Part shown: positions 31,869 through 42,050 of the stretch, piece after piece
How positions within the stretch are numbered: position 1 is the stretch's first letter
Layout: each line of letters opens with the position of its first letter
NCBI GenBank assembly: GCA_036336835.1
Contig: JAYZFK010000062.1
Location: forward strand, 64,001-128,000
Length of the DNA: 64,000 nucleotides
Source of the DNA: Myxococcota bacterium
Lineage (GTDB): Bacteria; Myxococcota_A; UBA9160; UBA4427
Reading direction: 5' to 3'
Notes under the pieces: model-generated
What the model was told of the DNA's origin: nothing
The model's input: only the letters and a program-made list of their open reading frames with translations
The model's database searches: none
Program-made: the position numbers and the translations under genes

Positions 31869-32447
31869 TCAGATGCGTTGGTCGAGCACGATCCGCACGC
31901 CGCGCGTGCCCGGTGCCACCGCAACCTCGGCACTGCCGCTGAGATCGCCGGGCTGCCGCGTCATTGCATCTCCGTCGCCGTCGAGACGCACCGTGAGCTG
32001 GATCTCCCCCGCGAACGGTATGCCCTGCACCATCGCGTGCTGCGGTCCGATCTGGAAGTCGAGCGGCAGGGTTGGGCTCGCGAAGCGTCGCACGGCCAGC
32101 GGGGGGCCGCGGGTCACCCCGGCGGGGCGAGCAATCACGAACAGCGTCGCACCCCGCGGCCCCTCGCGCGCGAGCTCGGGAGCCAGCTCGATGCTGCCGT
32201 GGATCGCCGCGGCTGTGCCGTCCGCCCCCGGCTGCGCGTCGGCAAGCTGTCCGGGCCGAACCGAAGGCAATGTGGCACTCGCCGGCGGGCTCGAGAGACT
32301 CGTCCCCGGCGACTCGCCTCCCTCGGGGAAGATGCGCGCGAGATCTGGCTCGCGCGGCTGCTCGCCTTCGACGTAGGGCTCGATGTTCCGGTCGCAGACC
32401 GCAAGCCCGCAGACCAGGAAAGTCGCCAGAGCGAGTCTGGAACGCAT
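31869..32447 (-). CDS. Secreted/lipoprotein with a CcmI/CcmH C-terminal-like domain
   Basis: Signal peptide; TLFVIAR...PPLAVRR...LPLDF...AM...VRLDGDGDA...PGDL pattern. Confidence 0.6.
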   Translation of the reverse strand: MRSRLALATFLVCGLAVCDRNIEPYVEGEQPREPDLARIFPEGGESPGTSLSSPPASATLPSVRPGQLADAQPGADGTAAAIHGSIELAPELAREGPRGATLFVIARPAGVTRGPPLAVRRFASPTLPLDFQIGPQHAMVQGIPFAGEIQLTVRLDGDGDAMTRQPGDLSGSAEVAVAPGTRGVRIVLDQRI

Positions 32448-32510
32448 CGCGGCGCAACGTAGCGCACCGACTCCCATCGCCCGGGTGCAGAAGACGCTAC
32501 CCCTTGGCGA

Positions 32511-33689
32511 GTGTCCAGGGCAGCTCGCCGATCGCGCTCGCTGATCGCACTCGCGATCCTGCTGGCACCGATCGCCTGCGCACCCGAGCCGGACCCCCGT
32601 CCGAACGTACTGCTGCTGGTCGGCAACGGTCTTCGCGCGGCCCACCTCGGCGCTCGAGGCAACCTACGCGAGCCCAGCTCTCCCCACCTCGATGCACTCG
32701 CGCGCTCCTCTCTGCGCTTCGTCCGCGCCTATGCGGCGTCGGCGCAAGCCCGCGCGTCACTTGCCGCCATCCTGACCGGACACGCTTCGGCCTCGCCCGG
32801 CGTGCCGGCGAACGAAGTTTCGACGCTGGCCGAGAGCTTGCACAACGCGGGCTACACGACCGGCGCGGCGTCGGGACAGCTCGACCTGCTCGAGCGCAGC
32901 GGCCTGCTCCAGGGTTTCGATCTCCGGCGCGATCCTCAGCCCGCCAACCGAACCGCGGGAGCGATCGACCCGCCCTTCGGCGCGGCCCTCGAGCTGCTCG
33001 ACGAGCTGGCCGCCGGGCGCGCACCGTGGCTGCTCTTCGTCCACCAGGGCCAGCTCGGCCAGCTCGACCAGCTCGACCAGCTCGACCATCGAGGCGCGGC
33101 GGAGGCGCGGGAGCGGTATGCCGCGCGGCTGCACGCCGCGGACGCGGGGCTGGGTGAGCTGGTTGCCCGGCTCGCCGCGCTCGGCGTCGCCGACCGCACG
33201 CTGATCGCGGTCACGGCCGACCACGGCGTCGCACTCGATCCGCGCGGTCCAGCCATCGGGCAGAGCCTGCACGAGGAGATGATCCGGGTACCGCTACTGC
33301 TGCGCCCGCCGCGCGGTGTGGAGCCGCGCGCAATCCAGCCCCCCGTATCCTTGCTGTCGCTGGCTCCGACACTGCTCGAGCTCGCGGGCGTAGCGGTCGC
33401 AGCGGAACGATTTGCGGCCCCGACGCTCAGCGAGTGGCTTTTCGGCGACCCCGCCCGGCCGGCGGCCAACGCCGTCTTCAGCGAGCTAGGCGCTCAGCGG
33501 GCCGTGATCGAGGCCCGTTACAAGCTGATCCTCGACGGCGCGAGCGGCGAGGCGCGGCTGTACGACCTGGCCGCCGATCCGGGCGAGAAGCACGACCTCG
33601 CCCGGCAGCAACCCGCCCTGCGGGGTCGGCTCGAACGTCTGCTCTCCGCGCGGCCGGAGGCCGCCGCGACAGATCTCAGCCCGCGGTGA
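32511..33689 (+). CDS. Sulfatase-fold lipoprotein with a degenerate active site
   Basis: RPNVLL, TADHG, RVPLLLR, LYDLAADPGE; the catalytic motifs are substituted. Confidence 0.75.
   Translation: MSRAARRSRSLIALAILLAPIACAPEPDPRPNVLLLVGNGLRAAHLGARGNLREPSSPHLDALARSSLRFVRAYAASAQARASLAAILTGHASASPGVPANEVSTLAESLHNAGYTTGAASGQLDLLERSGLLQGFDLRRDPQPANRTAGAIDPPFGAALELLDELAAGRAPWLLFVHQGQLGQLDQLDQLDHRGAAEARERYAARLHAADAGLGELVARLAALGVADRTLIAVTADHGVALDPRGPAIGQSLHEEMIRVPLLLRPPRGVEPRAIQPPVSLLSLAPTLLELAGVAVAAERFAAPTLSEWLFGDPARPAANAVFSELGAQRAVIEARYKLILDGASGEARLYDLAADPGEKHDLARQQPALRGRLERLLSARPEAAATDLSPR
33051..33086 (+). repeat. 4 x 9-bp in-frame tandem repeat (QLG-QLD-QLD-QLD)
   Basis: cagctcggc cagctcgac cagctcgac cagctcgac. 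Confidence 0.8.
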
Positions 33690-34428
33690 CTCCGTTGTCC
33701 ACCGTGAAGATCGAGCCGTGTACGCTCGACGCCGCGTCGGAAGCCAGAAAGGCGATCGCCTCGGCGATCTCCTCGGGCTCGGACATCCCGCGCATCCCCG
33801 AGTAGCGGGCCAGCAGCTTCGGATCAGGATCCTCGGGAAACGACACATTGGCCGTGAGCCCCGTCTTCGTCCCGGCGGGGCAAACGCAGTTCACGCGGAT
33901 CGGGGACTTCATGTATTCCATCGCCATGGCCTTGGTCAGCTGGATGACCGCGCCCTTCGTCGCGCAGTAGGAAACTGTGTAGGCCTGTCCCATCAGCCCG
34001 GCGTTCGAGGCAACGTTGACGATGTTGCCCGCGCTCTCCTCGAGATGAGGAACGGCCGCCTGGGACATGAAGAAGACGGCGGACTGGTTGATCGCGACCA
34101 GCCGGCCCCACTCCTGCTCGGTGATCTCGGTCATGCGCTCGATCTGGACGATGCCCGCGACGTTGAGCAGGCTATCGAGCCGGCCGAACGCCGACACGGC
34201 CTGGGCCACGGCGTCGAAACACGCATCGCGAGTGCTGAGATCGACCCCCGCGGTCTCGATCTTGCCGCCCGCGCTCGTCACGCGCTGCGCGGTCTCGGCG
34301 AGTCCAGCCTCGTTGACGTCGAGTCCAAAGACCGCAGCGCCGTCGGCCGCGAACCGCTCGGCGCAGGCGCGTCCCATTCCCGATGCAGCGCCCGTGATCA
34401 GCGCGACCTTGCCGTCGAAACGTCCCAT
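33676..34428 (-). CDS. Classical short-chain dehydrogenase/reductase
   Basis: TGAASGMG, NVAG, S..YCATK. Confidence 0.92.
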   Translation of the reverse strand: MGRFDGKVALITGAASGMGRACAERFAADGAAVFGLDVNEAGLAETAQRVTSAGGKIETAGVDLSTRDACFDAVAQAVSAFGRLDSLLNVAGIVQIERMTEITEQEWGRLVAINQSAVFFMSQAAVPHLEESAGNIVNVASNAGLMGQAYTVSYCATKGAVIQLTKAMAMEYMKSPIRVNCVCPAGTKTGLTANVSFPEDPDPKLLARYSGMRGMSEPEEIAEAIAFLASDAASSVHGSIFTVDNGVTAG

Positions 34429-34507
34429 CTTCGATCACTCCTGTACCTCGCTCGGAAACCGCGAAGGCGCGCGACGATAGCGCCGCGTTATACTTGCCGC
34501 CGACGGA

Positions 34508-34606
34508 GCCCGGGGGGGGGTCCTCTCCGCACCGAGTGTGGAGCGATCGGCCTGAGAGCATACCCCTCGAACCTGATCTCGTTTGAACGAGCGTAGGGAA
34601 GGGCCC
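34508..34606 (+). ncRNA. TPP riboswitch
   Basis: GGGGTC...CTGAGA..ATACCC.TCGAACCTGATC...GCGTAGGGAA, directly upstream of thiC. Confidence 0.92.
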
Positions 34607-34679
34607 GGATGGCACCGCTTCGCGGCGCTCCGTGGCAAAAGCAGAGACCCTATCCTTCTTTCCTCGACCCGGAGGTGCC

Positions 34680-36491
<1,812 letters not shown>

Positions 36492-36527
36492 AGCTCGGAG
36501 AGAGCGACTCCCCGCGGGCGTCGATCC

Positions 36528-36563
36528 AAACGAAAGCGGCCCGGAACGCGAGGTTCCGGGCCG
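36528..36563 (-). terminator. Intrinsic terminator (may also serve thiC)
   Basis: Perfect 11-bp stem CGGCCCGGAAC-CTCGC-GTTCCGGGCCG followed by CTTTCGTTT on the minus strand. Confidence 0.7.
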
Positions 36564-36605
36564 TCCCGTCAGGGCTTCCCCCCCCCGGATCAGCCCCGAT
36601 CTAGA
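36528..36605 (-). ncRNA. Candidate short sRNA (~80 nt) with a G-rich loop
   Basis: Lies between a sigma28-like promoter and a terminator whose U-rich tail faces the minus strand; no ORF. Confidence 0.4.
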
Positions 36606-36611
36606 GCCAAC

Positions 36612-36638
36612 TATTCGGCGGCTGGTGTCACGCCTTGA
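36612..36638 (-). promoter_or_regulatory. sigma28/FliA-like promoter
   Basis: TCAAG-N14-GCCGAATA on the minus strand. Confidence 0.45.
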
Positions 36639-36788
36639 GCACTTTTGCGCACGGTCTACCGGTCCGTGCGGTGGCAGACCACAGGCAGATTCGAACGGCC
36701 GGCCCGATCGGGGACAGCTGGCCCGCGCATCGGCAAGGGCCCGACCAAGCGAGCTTCCGCCGCGCGATCCGGGCTAGGCTTCCGGGGC

Positions 36789-37250
36789 ATGAGAGGATGG
36801 CTCCGCGCGCTTCGCTGGCTCTTGCTCGGCGGTTGGCTCGGCTCGTGGGCCCTGTTCGCGTTCGTGATCGCGCCGACGGCGTTTCGGCTGCTCCCCTCCG
36901 GCGACGCCGCGGGCGATCTGGTGTCGCCGGTGCTGCGAATCCTCCACCTCTACGGCCTCGCCGCGGGAATCGTTACATTTGCGATCTCGTTCTCATTTCG
37001 TGAGAGCGCTCTGCTCGTGCTGCTTCCCGCGGTCCTAGCTCTGCTCTGTGCACTGACGGAGTTTGGCATCACGCCGTCGATCAGCGAGGCCGGGCCGAGC
37101 GCGGGGGTCCTCCCCGCCACCGAGGGTGCGGCGGAGCAGTTTGCCCAGATGCACCAGGCGTCGCGGATGTTGTTCGCCTCGATCCTCGCGGGGGTCGCGC
37201 TCCTGATGGTCCTGCACTCCCGCGACAGCTACTCGGCCCCGCAGGAGTGA
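36789..37250 (+). CDS. DUF4149-like membrane protein
   Basis: WLG...FVIAPTAF...AG, F..MH..S; four hydrophobic helices. Confidence 0.7.
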   Translation: MRGWLRALRWLLLGGWLGSWALFAFVIAPTAFRLLPSGDAAGDLVSPVLRILHLYGLAAGIVTFAISFSFRESALLVLLPAVLALLCALTEFGITPSISEAGPSAGVLPATEGAAEQFAQMHQASRMLFASILAGVALLMVLHSRDSYSAPQE

Positions 37251-37497
37251 AGACAAGGGGCGCCATAGCGCAGATTTCCTTGGCCCCGGCCAGAGCCGTG
37301 GTGTATCCTACGCTGCTCTGACGGGATTTTACCTTTTTTTTCGCATACTTAGGACGAGAGTCGCAGATTGGGGGCCGAGCTCCCAGGGTTGCGACACGCA
37401 ACAGACGGCCTTCCCTTCAGTCAGACTTCGACTACCGCTACCAATCCCCGGCGGGATTCGCGTGCCCTGAGCCCGAATCGGGCTAGGAGAGAGACGG

Positions 37498-37707
37498 ATG
37501 GACGTAAGGGATACGAAGATCAAGGTTACCCTGGAGTTTTCCGTCTCCGGGAGCGGGCTAGAGGACGCTCTTGCCGAGTACGACGAGCTGACCGTCGAGG
37601 GCATGCTTCGCGAGATGCTCGACAAAGCGATCGCTTGCGACGAAATTGCCGTCGCCGTCGTCGATGGTCCCAATACGCTCGAGGACTACGACCAGCTCAC
37701 AGATTAG
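37498..37707 (+). CDS. Small acidic hypothetical protein (69 aa)
   Basis: AGGAGA RBS and codon usage typical of the window. Confidence 0.7.
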   Translation: MDVRDTKIKVTLEFSVSGSGLEDALAEYDELTVEGMLREMLDKAIACDEIAVAVVDGPNTLEDYDQLTD

Positions 37708-37737
37708 AGCTCCCAGCCAATCAACCCTCGAACGAGC

Positions 37738-38214
37738 TCAAAACAGGCTCAGCTGCTCGGGCTGGGGCGCGACCGGCTGGCTTGCGGGCGGCGTCCCCAC
37801 CCGCGGTCGAGGCGATGTCGGCCAGCGCGCCGGCGGCGACGGGCCGGCCGGAGACGGAGCAGGCGGCACGGGCCGGGCAGGCCGGTAGATGGCCTGTTGA
37901 CGAGCCCAGCCGAGTAGCTCGAGATAGAAGCGCTTGAAGCGCGCTCCGTGGTTGAAGTGCCGCAGATGCGCGAGCTCGTGGCACAGTGTGTTGATCAGGC
38001 TCGAATAGCGCAGGGGCTGCCCTGTGGTCGCATGGCGCAGCCGGATGCGGATCGTACCGTCGGAGTAGCAAATACCGTAGCGGCGCTTGACGTTGGCGCG
38101 CTCTGCCTCGATGAGGCGCAAACGCAAGCCGAACCGACGCGCGATCCGCGTTCCATCGCAGCTAAGCCGCTCGATCAGGTCGCGGTTCTCTCGCTGGCGC
38201 TGGGTGCGGCTCAT
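37738..38214 (-). CDS. WLM (Wss1-like)/YgjP-type zinc metallopeptidase with a C-terminal beta-clamp-binding motif
   Basis: GTIRIRLR...LINTLCHELAHLRHFNHGARF (HExxHxxxxxH), Pro-rich linker, terminal QLSLF. Confidence 0.8.
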   Translation of the reverse strand: MSRTQRQRENRDLIERLSCDGTRIARRFGLRLRLIEAERANVKRRYGICYSDGTIRIRLRHATTGQPLRYSSLINTLCHELAHLRHFNHGARFKRFYLELLGWARQQAIYRPARPVPPAPSPAGPSPPARWPTSPRPRVGTPPASQPVAPQPEQLSLF

Positions 38215-38308
38215 CCTCGTAGGTCGAGTTTTCCCGGCGCGCCTCGGGACGTCAAGCCCAGCACGGCCCGCTGCTACGCTCGGGGCAGAGGAGCGCTGAC
38301 GCGACTTG

Positions 38309-38965
38309 ATGCGGATACCGATCTTTCCTCTCGAGAATGTCGTGCTCTTCCCTCGTGTCCAGGTGCCGCTGCACATCTTCGAGCCGCGCTACCGACAGAT
38401 GACCCACGAGGCGCTCGCGGGTGATCGCCGCATTGGAATGGTCGTCGTAAGGCCCGAGAGCACTGGCGACATGCAGCACCACCCGCCGGTGTTCGAGGTC
38501 GGCTGCACCGGTGACATCCAGCGGGCAGAGGAGCTCCCGGGCGGGCGCTTCAACGTCATCCTCGCAGGCACTGCCCGCTTCGCGATCGAGCGAGAGGAGG
38601 CGCCGGACGGCGAGCGACTGTATCGCCGGGCTCACATCCGTGAGCTGGCCGATCCCTATCCCGAGCAGGACCGCCCGCGCGTTCTCGCATTGCGCGGCGA
38701 GATCTACGAGCTGATGCAGCAGCTGCTGACGATCCTCGCCCCGAGCCGGGTCGAGATCTTCGAGCAGCAACCGATTGCACGGTTCGACGACGAGAAATTC
38801 GTCAACACGCTTTCGCAGTCGATCGACTTCGCACCGCCCGAGAAGCAGGCACTGATCGAGAGCAATGGTGTGCGCGAACGCTACGAAAGGCTGGCCGATT
38901 CCATGCGTTTTCGACTGGCGGAGGTGTCGAGCGGCGGCAGCTCGGGGTCCAGTGTCGTGCAGTAG
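38309..38965 (+). CDS. Stand-alone Lon substrate-binding (LON N-terminal) domain protein
   Basis: IPIFPL..VVLFP....PLHIFEPRYRQM; no AAA+ or protease domain. Confidence 0.9.
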   Translation: MRIPIFPLENVVLFPRVQVPLHIFEPRYRQMTHEALAGDRRIGMVVVRPESTGDMQHHPPVFEVGCTGDIQRAEELPGGRFNVILAGTARFAIEREEAPDGERLYRRAHIRELADPYPEQDRPRVLALRGEIYELMQQLLTILAPSRVEIFEQQPIARFDDEKFVNTLSQSIDFAPPEKQALIESNGVRERYERLADSMRFRLAEVSSGGSSGSSVVQ

Positions 38966-39004
38966 AATCGGTCCTTCATTTTCATTCGATTTTTCGCGAA
39001 TAGA

Positions 39005-39042
39005 GCTGAAAATAGATGATCCGTGCCGATTCTGTTTTCAGC
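39005..39042. repeat. AT-rich 11-bp inverted repeat
   Basis: gctgaaaatag ... ctgttttcagc (one mismatch, G-U compatible). Confidence 0.5.
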
Positions 39043-39218
39043 AAATGCTCCCTCGGTGCGCCGTGTCAGATGTCCGATGTTGCATCCACGTCGTCGGCGA
39101 ACTGCGCGTATCTACGTATCGATCTGGCTTCGTAACGACGGTTCACACCGCGGCTCGTCGGGCTTCGTGACGCTGCGTTCGTGTGTAGGTGTGATCGAGA
39201 GATCGTGAAGAATCGAAT

Positions 39219-39247
39219 TTGCCCACCTGCGAGTGGCTTGGCATACT
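39219..39247 (+). promoter_or_regulatory. sigma70-like promoter of the dnaA paralog
   Basis: TTGCCC-N17-CATACT. Confidence 0.5.
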
Positions 39248-39330
39248 CGCGGCCGTTTGGGACGGACTTGGAAAACCTGGTGAGAGGGAGCCAACTCCGT
39301 CCAAAACCCCTGAAACCTGGATGAGATCTC

Positions 39331-40809
39331 ATGACCTTGCCCCCCGAGGTCTGGGACGGTGTTTTGCGCCGACTTGCTCGGGAGCTGCCACCGTTCGCCA
39401 CTGAATCCTGGCTCGCGAAGCTGATTCCCCAGCATCGCGACGGTCAGCTGTACCTGCTAGCTCCCAACGCGTTTCACAAGAACCGAGTTCGCGACACCCT
39501 GCTCCCGGGGATCCGGGCTCTGCTGCGCGAGGAACTCGGGCGCGAGATTGCGGTGCAGGTCGAGGTCGGCGGTAGCGACGAGGCACGGCGCGAGATGGAG
39601 CGACACGTGCTCGAGGTGTGCAGTCCACAGCCGATCCACGAGGCGCGCAGCGTGCCCGCAGAGCGAGTCGAATCGCGAGCACAGGTCGCTGTAGGGGCAG
39701 CTCGCCCACAGCCCACCCCGGCGTCGAACCCCACGACGCTGAAGCTGGTCGATCCGAAGCCTCCCACACAGGGCAGCTCCGATCAGTGCTTTGCCAACTT
39801 CGTGGTCGGTCCGACCAACTCGCTGGCGCGCGAGGCATCGCTCGCGATCGCGACACAGCGCCACGCCCAGCTCCAGAAGCTGTATCTGTACTCCCCGGCG
39901 GGACTCGGCAAGACCCACCTGGCGAGAGCGATCGCCCTCGAGTCGAGCCAGCGTGAGCGCGTCCGCTACGCAACCGCCGAGCGCTTTACCAACGATTTCA
40001 TGACAGCCGTCCGCGCGAAGACGATTCCAGCGATGATGCGCCGCTATCGCAAGCAGCTCGAGGTGCTGGTCATCGAGGACGTCCAGTTCCTGAGCGGCAA
40101 GAGCGGAACCCAGCTGGAGCTGTTCCACACCGTGCAAGAGCTCGTCGACGGAGGTGCGCGGGTCGTGTTCACGGGCGATCGCCCGGCCGCCGAACTCGAT
40201 CTCGAACCGCAGCTCCGCGACCAGATCTGCAGCAGCTTCCTGGCGCCGATCGAGTCTCCCGACGCCCAGCTGCGACGCCAGCTGCTGCGCGAGAAGGCGG
40301 CCGCCGGCGGGATCGGGCTGCCCGAGGAGTGCCTCGACGCGATGGTCCAGCACCTCACCGGGAGCGTCCGCGAGCTCGATGCGGCGCTGGTCCAGCTCGT
40401 GACGACCGCCTCGTTGCTGCGCCGCCCGATCGACCGTCAGCTCGTGCACGAGGTGCTGGAGACCAAGGGAGCGATCCCGCCCTCTGGCGCGCGACGGGCG
40501 ACACCCGCGCTGGTGATCGAGGTGGTCGCGCGCTTCTTCGACACCACCCCGGCCGCGCTGGCCACGCGATCCCGGCGGCGAGACGTCCTCGTCCCGCGCC
40601 AGCTCGCAATGGTCCTGTGCCGCCGCTTCACCGACGTCTCACTGGTCGAGATCGGCCGGGCCTTCGGCCGAGAACACTCGGCTGTCCGAAACGCGATTCG
40701 CGCGGTAGAGCGACGAGTCACCGAGCGCGCGCCCGCCCGCTACCAGCTGGAAGCCGTCTCGGGAAGAGTCCGCGAGACACTCGAAGGATGCGTCGACGAG
40801 CCCCGCTGA
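39331..40809 (+). CDS. DnaA paralog (divergent; domains I-IV present)
   Basis: Domain I (W..L...F..W, APNAF), FANFVVGPTN, SPAGLGKTHL, IEDVQFL, VREL, domain IV PRQLAM...SLVEIGRAFGREHSAV; not followed by dnaN. Confidence 0.88.
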   Translation: MTLPPEVWDGVLRRLARELPPFATESWLAKLIPQHRDGQLYLLAPNAFHKNRVRDTLLPGIRALLREELGREIAVQVEVGGSDEARREMERHVLEVCSPQPIHEARSVPAERVESRAQVAVGAARPQPTPASNPTTLKLVDPKPPTQGSSDQCFANFVVGPTNSLAREASLAIATQRHAQLQKLYLYSPAGLGKTHLARAIALESSQRERVRYATAERFTNDFMTAVRAKTIPAMMRRYRKQLEVLVIEDVQFLSGKSGTQLELFHTVQELVDGGARVVFTGDRPAAELDLEPQLRDQICSSFLAPIESPDAQLRRQLLREKAAAGGIGLPEECLDAMVQHLTGSVRELDAALVQLVTTASLLRRPIDRQLVHEVLETKGAIPPSGARRATPALVIEVVARFFDTTPAALATRSRRRDVLVPRQLAMVLCRRFTDVSLVEIGRAFGREHSAVRNAIRAVERRVTERAPARYQLEAVSGRVRETLEGCVDEPR

Positions 40810-40819
40810 GGGTGGGGGA

Positions 40820-42049
40820 TTACCCCACGCTCAGGCGAGCTCGTTCGCCGTCCCGGAAGCGAGTGGGCCCGGCGATGGTGGGCTGCTGACCGGGCTCGAG
40901 CGACGGCGGGTCGAGCGCTGGGGCGTCGAATCGCTGGAGCTCGGCATACAGGGTGCTGCGCTCGACGGGCGTTCGGCCGATCTCGCGGATCAGACGGCGG
41001 AACTCCTCCGGCGGTGTGTTCTCGCCGTGCTCGGAGCCGGACTCGCGACTGATGGATTCTTCCATCAGGGTCCCGCCGAAGTCGTTGGCACCCGAGCACA
41101 GGCCCAGCTGGCCCAGCTTCGGCCCCATCTTCACCCACGAGATCTGGACGTTCTGGATCCACGGGCGCAGGAACAGCCGAGCGACTGCGATGATGCGTAG
41201 ATCGTCGGGCGCCGACGGACCGGGGCGCGCCCCCATGAAGTTGTAGAGCAGGTTGCGCTCGTGGATGAAGCCGAGCGGGACGAACTCTGTGAAACCGCCG
41301 GTCCGCCGCTGGATGTCGCGCAGCAGACCCAGGTGCTCGGCCACGTGTCGCGGCGTCTCGATGTGGCCGTACATCAGCGTCGAGGTCGATCGCAGCCCGA
41401 TCTCGTGCGCCGTCGACACGATCTCGACCCAGCGATCGCGCTTCAGCTTGTTCGGCGACAGGATGTTGCGCACGTCGTCGTCGAGAATCTCAGCTGCCGT
41501 TCCGGGCATCGTCCCCAGACCCGCCTCGACCAGCCACTGCAGATACTCGGCCAGCGGCATCCCGCTCTTCTTGTGCCCGAAGTCGATCTCCTCGGGCGAG
41601 AAGGCGTGGATGTGGAGCTCGGGGAACTCGGACTTGATCGAGGTCAGGATCTCCCGGTAGTGGCGGTGATCCTTGCCTGGGTGGATCCCACCCTGGATGC
41701 ACACCTCGCTGGCACCGCGCGCGACCGCGTCGCGGCACTTGCCGAGCAGCAGCTCCATTGGATGGTCGTAGGCACCTTCCTCGTCGGCATGGCGCGCGAA
41801 GCCGCAGAAGCTGCAGCCGACGTAGCAGACGTTGGTGAAGTTGAGGTTCCGGCACACCACGTAGGTGACGTCGTCGCCCTTGTCGTCCTGGCGCGCGATA
41901 TCGCCCGCGCGCATCAGCGCGTGCAGGTCGGCACCCTGCGCGGTCATCAGACGCTCCGCGTCGTCGACCGTCAGCTCCCTGCCGGACAGCGCTCCGTCGA
42001 GGATCGCGGCCACATCCTGGGATACGTCGGAAAACAATCGTTCGAGCAT
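40820..42049 (-). CDS. cofH: FO synthase subunit 2 (radical SAM)
   Basis: NLNFTNVCYVGCSFCGF, EVCIQGGIHP, MPGTAAEILDD, SWVKMG, GANDFGGTLMEESISR; adjacent to cofG. Confidence 0.9.
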   Translation of the reverse strand: MLERLFSDVSQDVAAILDGALSGRELTVDDAERLMTAQGADLHALMRAGDIARQDDKGDDVTYVVCRNLNFTNVCYVGCSFCGFARHADEEGAYDHPMELLLGKCRDAVARGASEVCIQGGIHPGKDHRHYREILTSIKSEFPELHIHAFSPEEIDFGHKKSGMPLAEYLQWLVEAGLGTMPGTAAEILDDDVRNILSPNKLKRDRWVEIVSTAHEIGLRSTSTLMYGHIETPRHVAEHLGLLRDIQRRTGGFTEFVPLGFIHERNLLYNFMGARPGPSAPDDLRIIAVARLFLRPWIQNVQISWVKMGPKLGQLGLCSGANDFGGTLMEESISRESGSEHGENTPPEEFRRLIREIGRTPVERSTLYAELQRFDAPALDPPSLEPGQQPTIAGPTRFRDGERARLSVG

Positions 42050-42050
42050 G

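Noticed and set aside
38966..39330. oriC next to the dnaA-like gene
   Set aside because: AT-enriched, but I found no TTATCCACA-type boxes and no dnaN/recF/gyrB/rpmH context.
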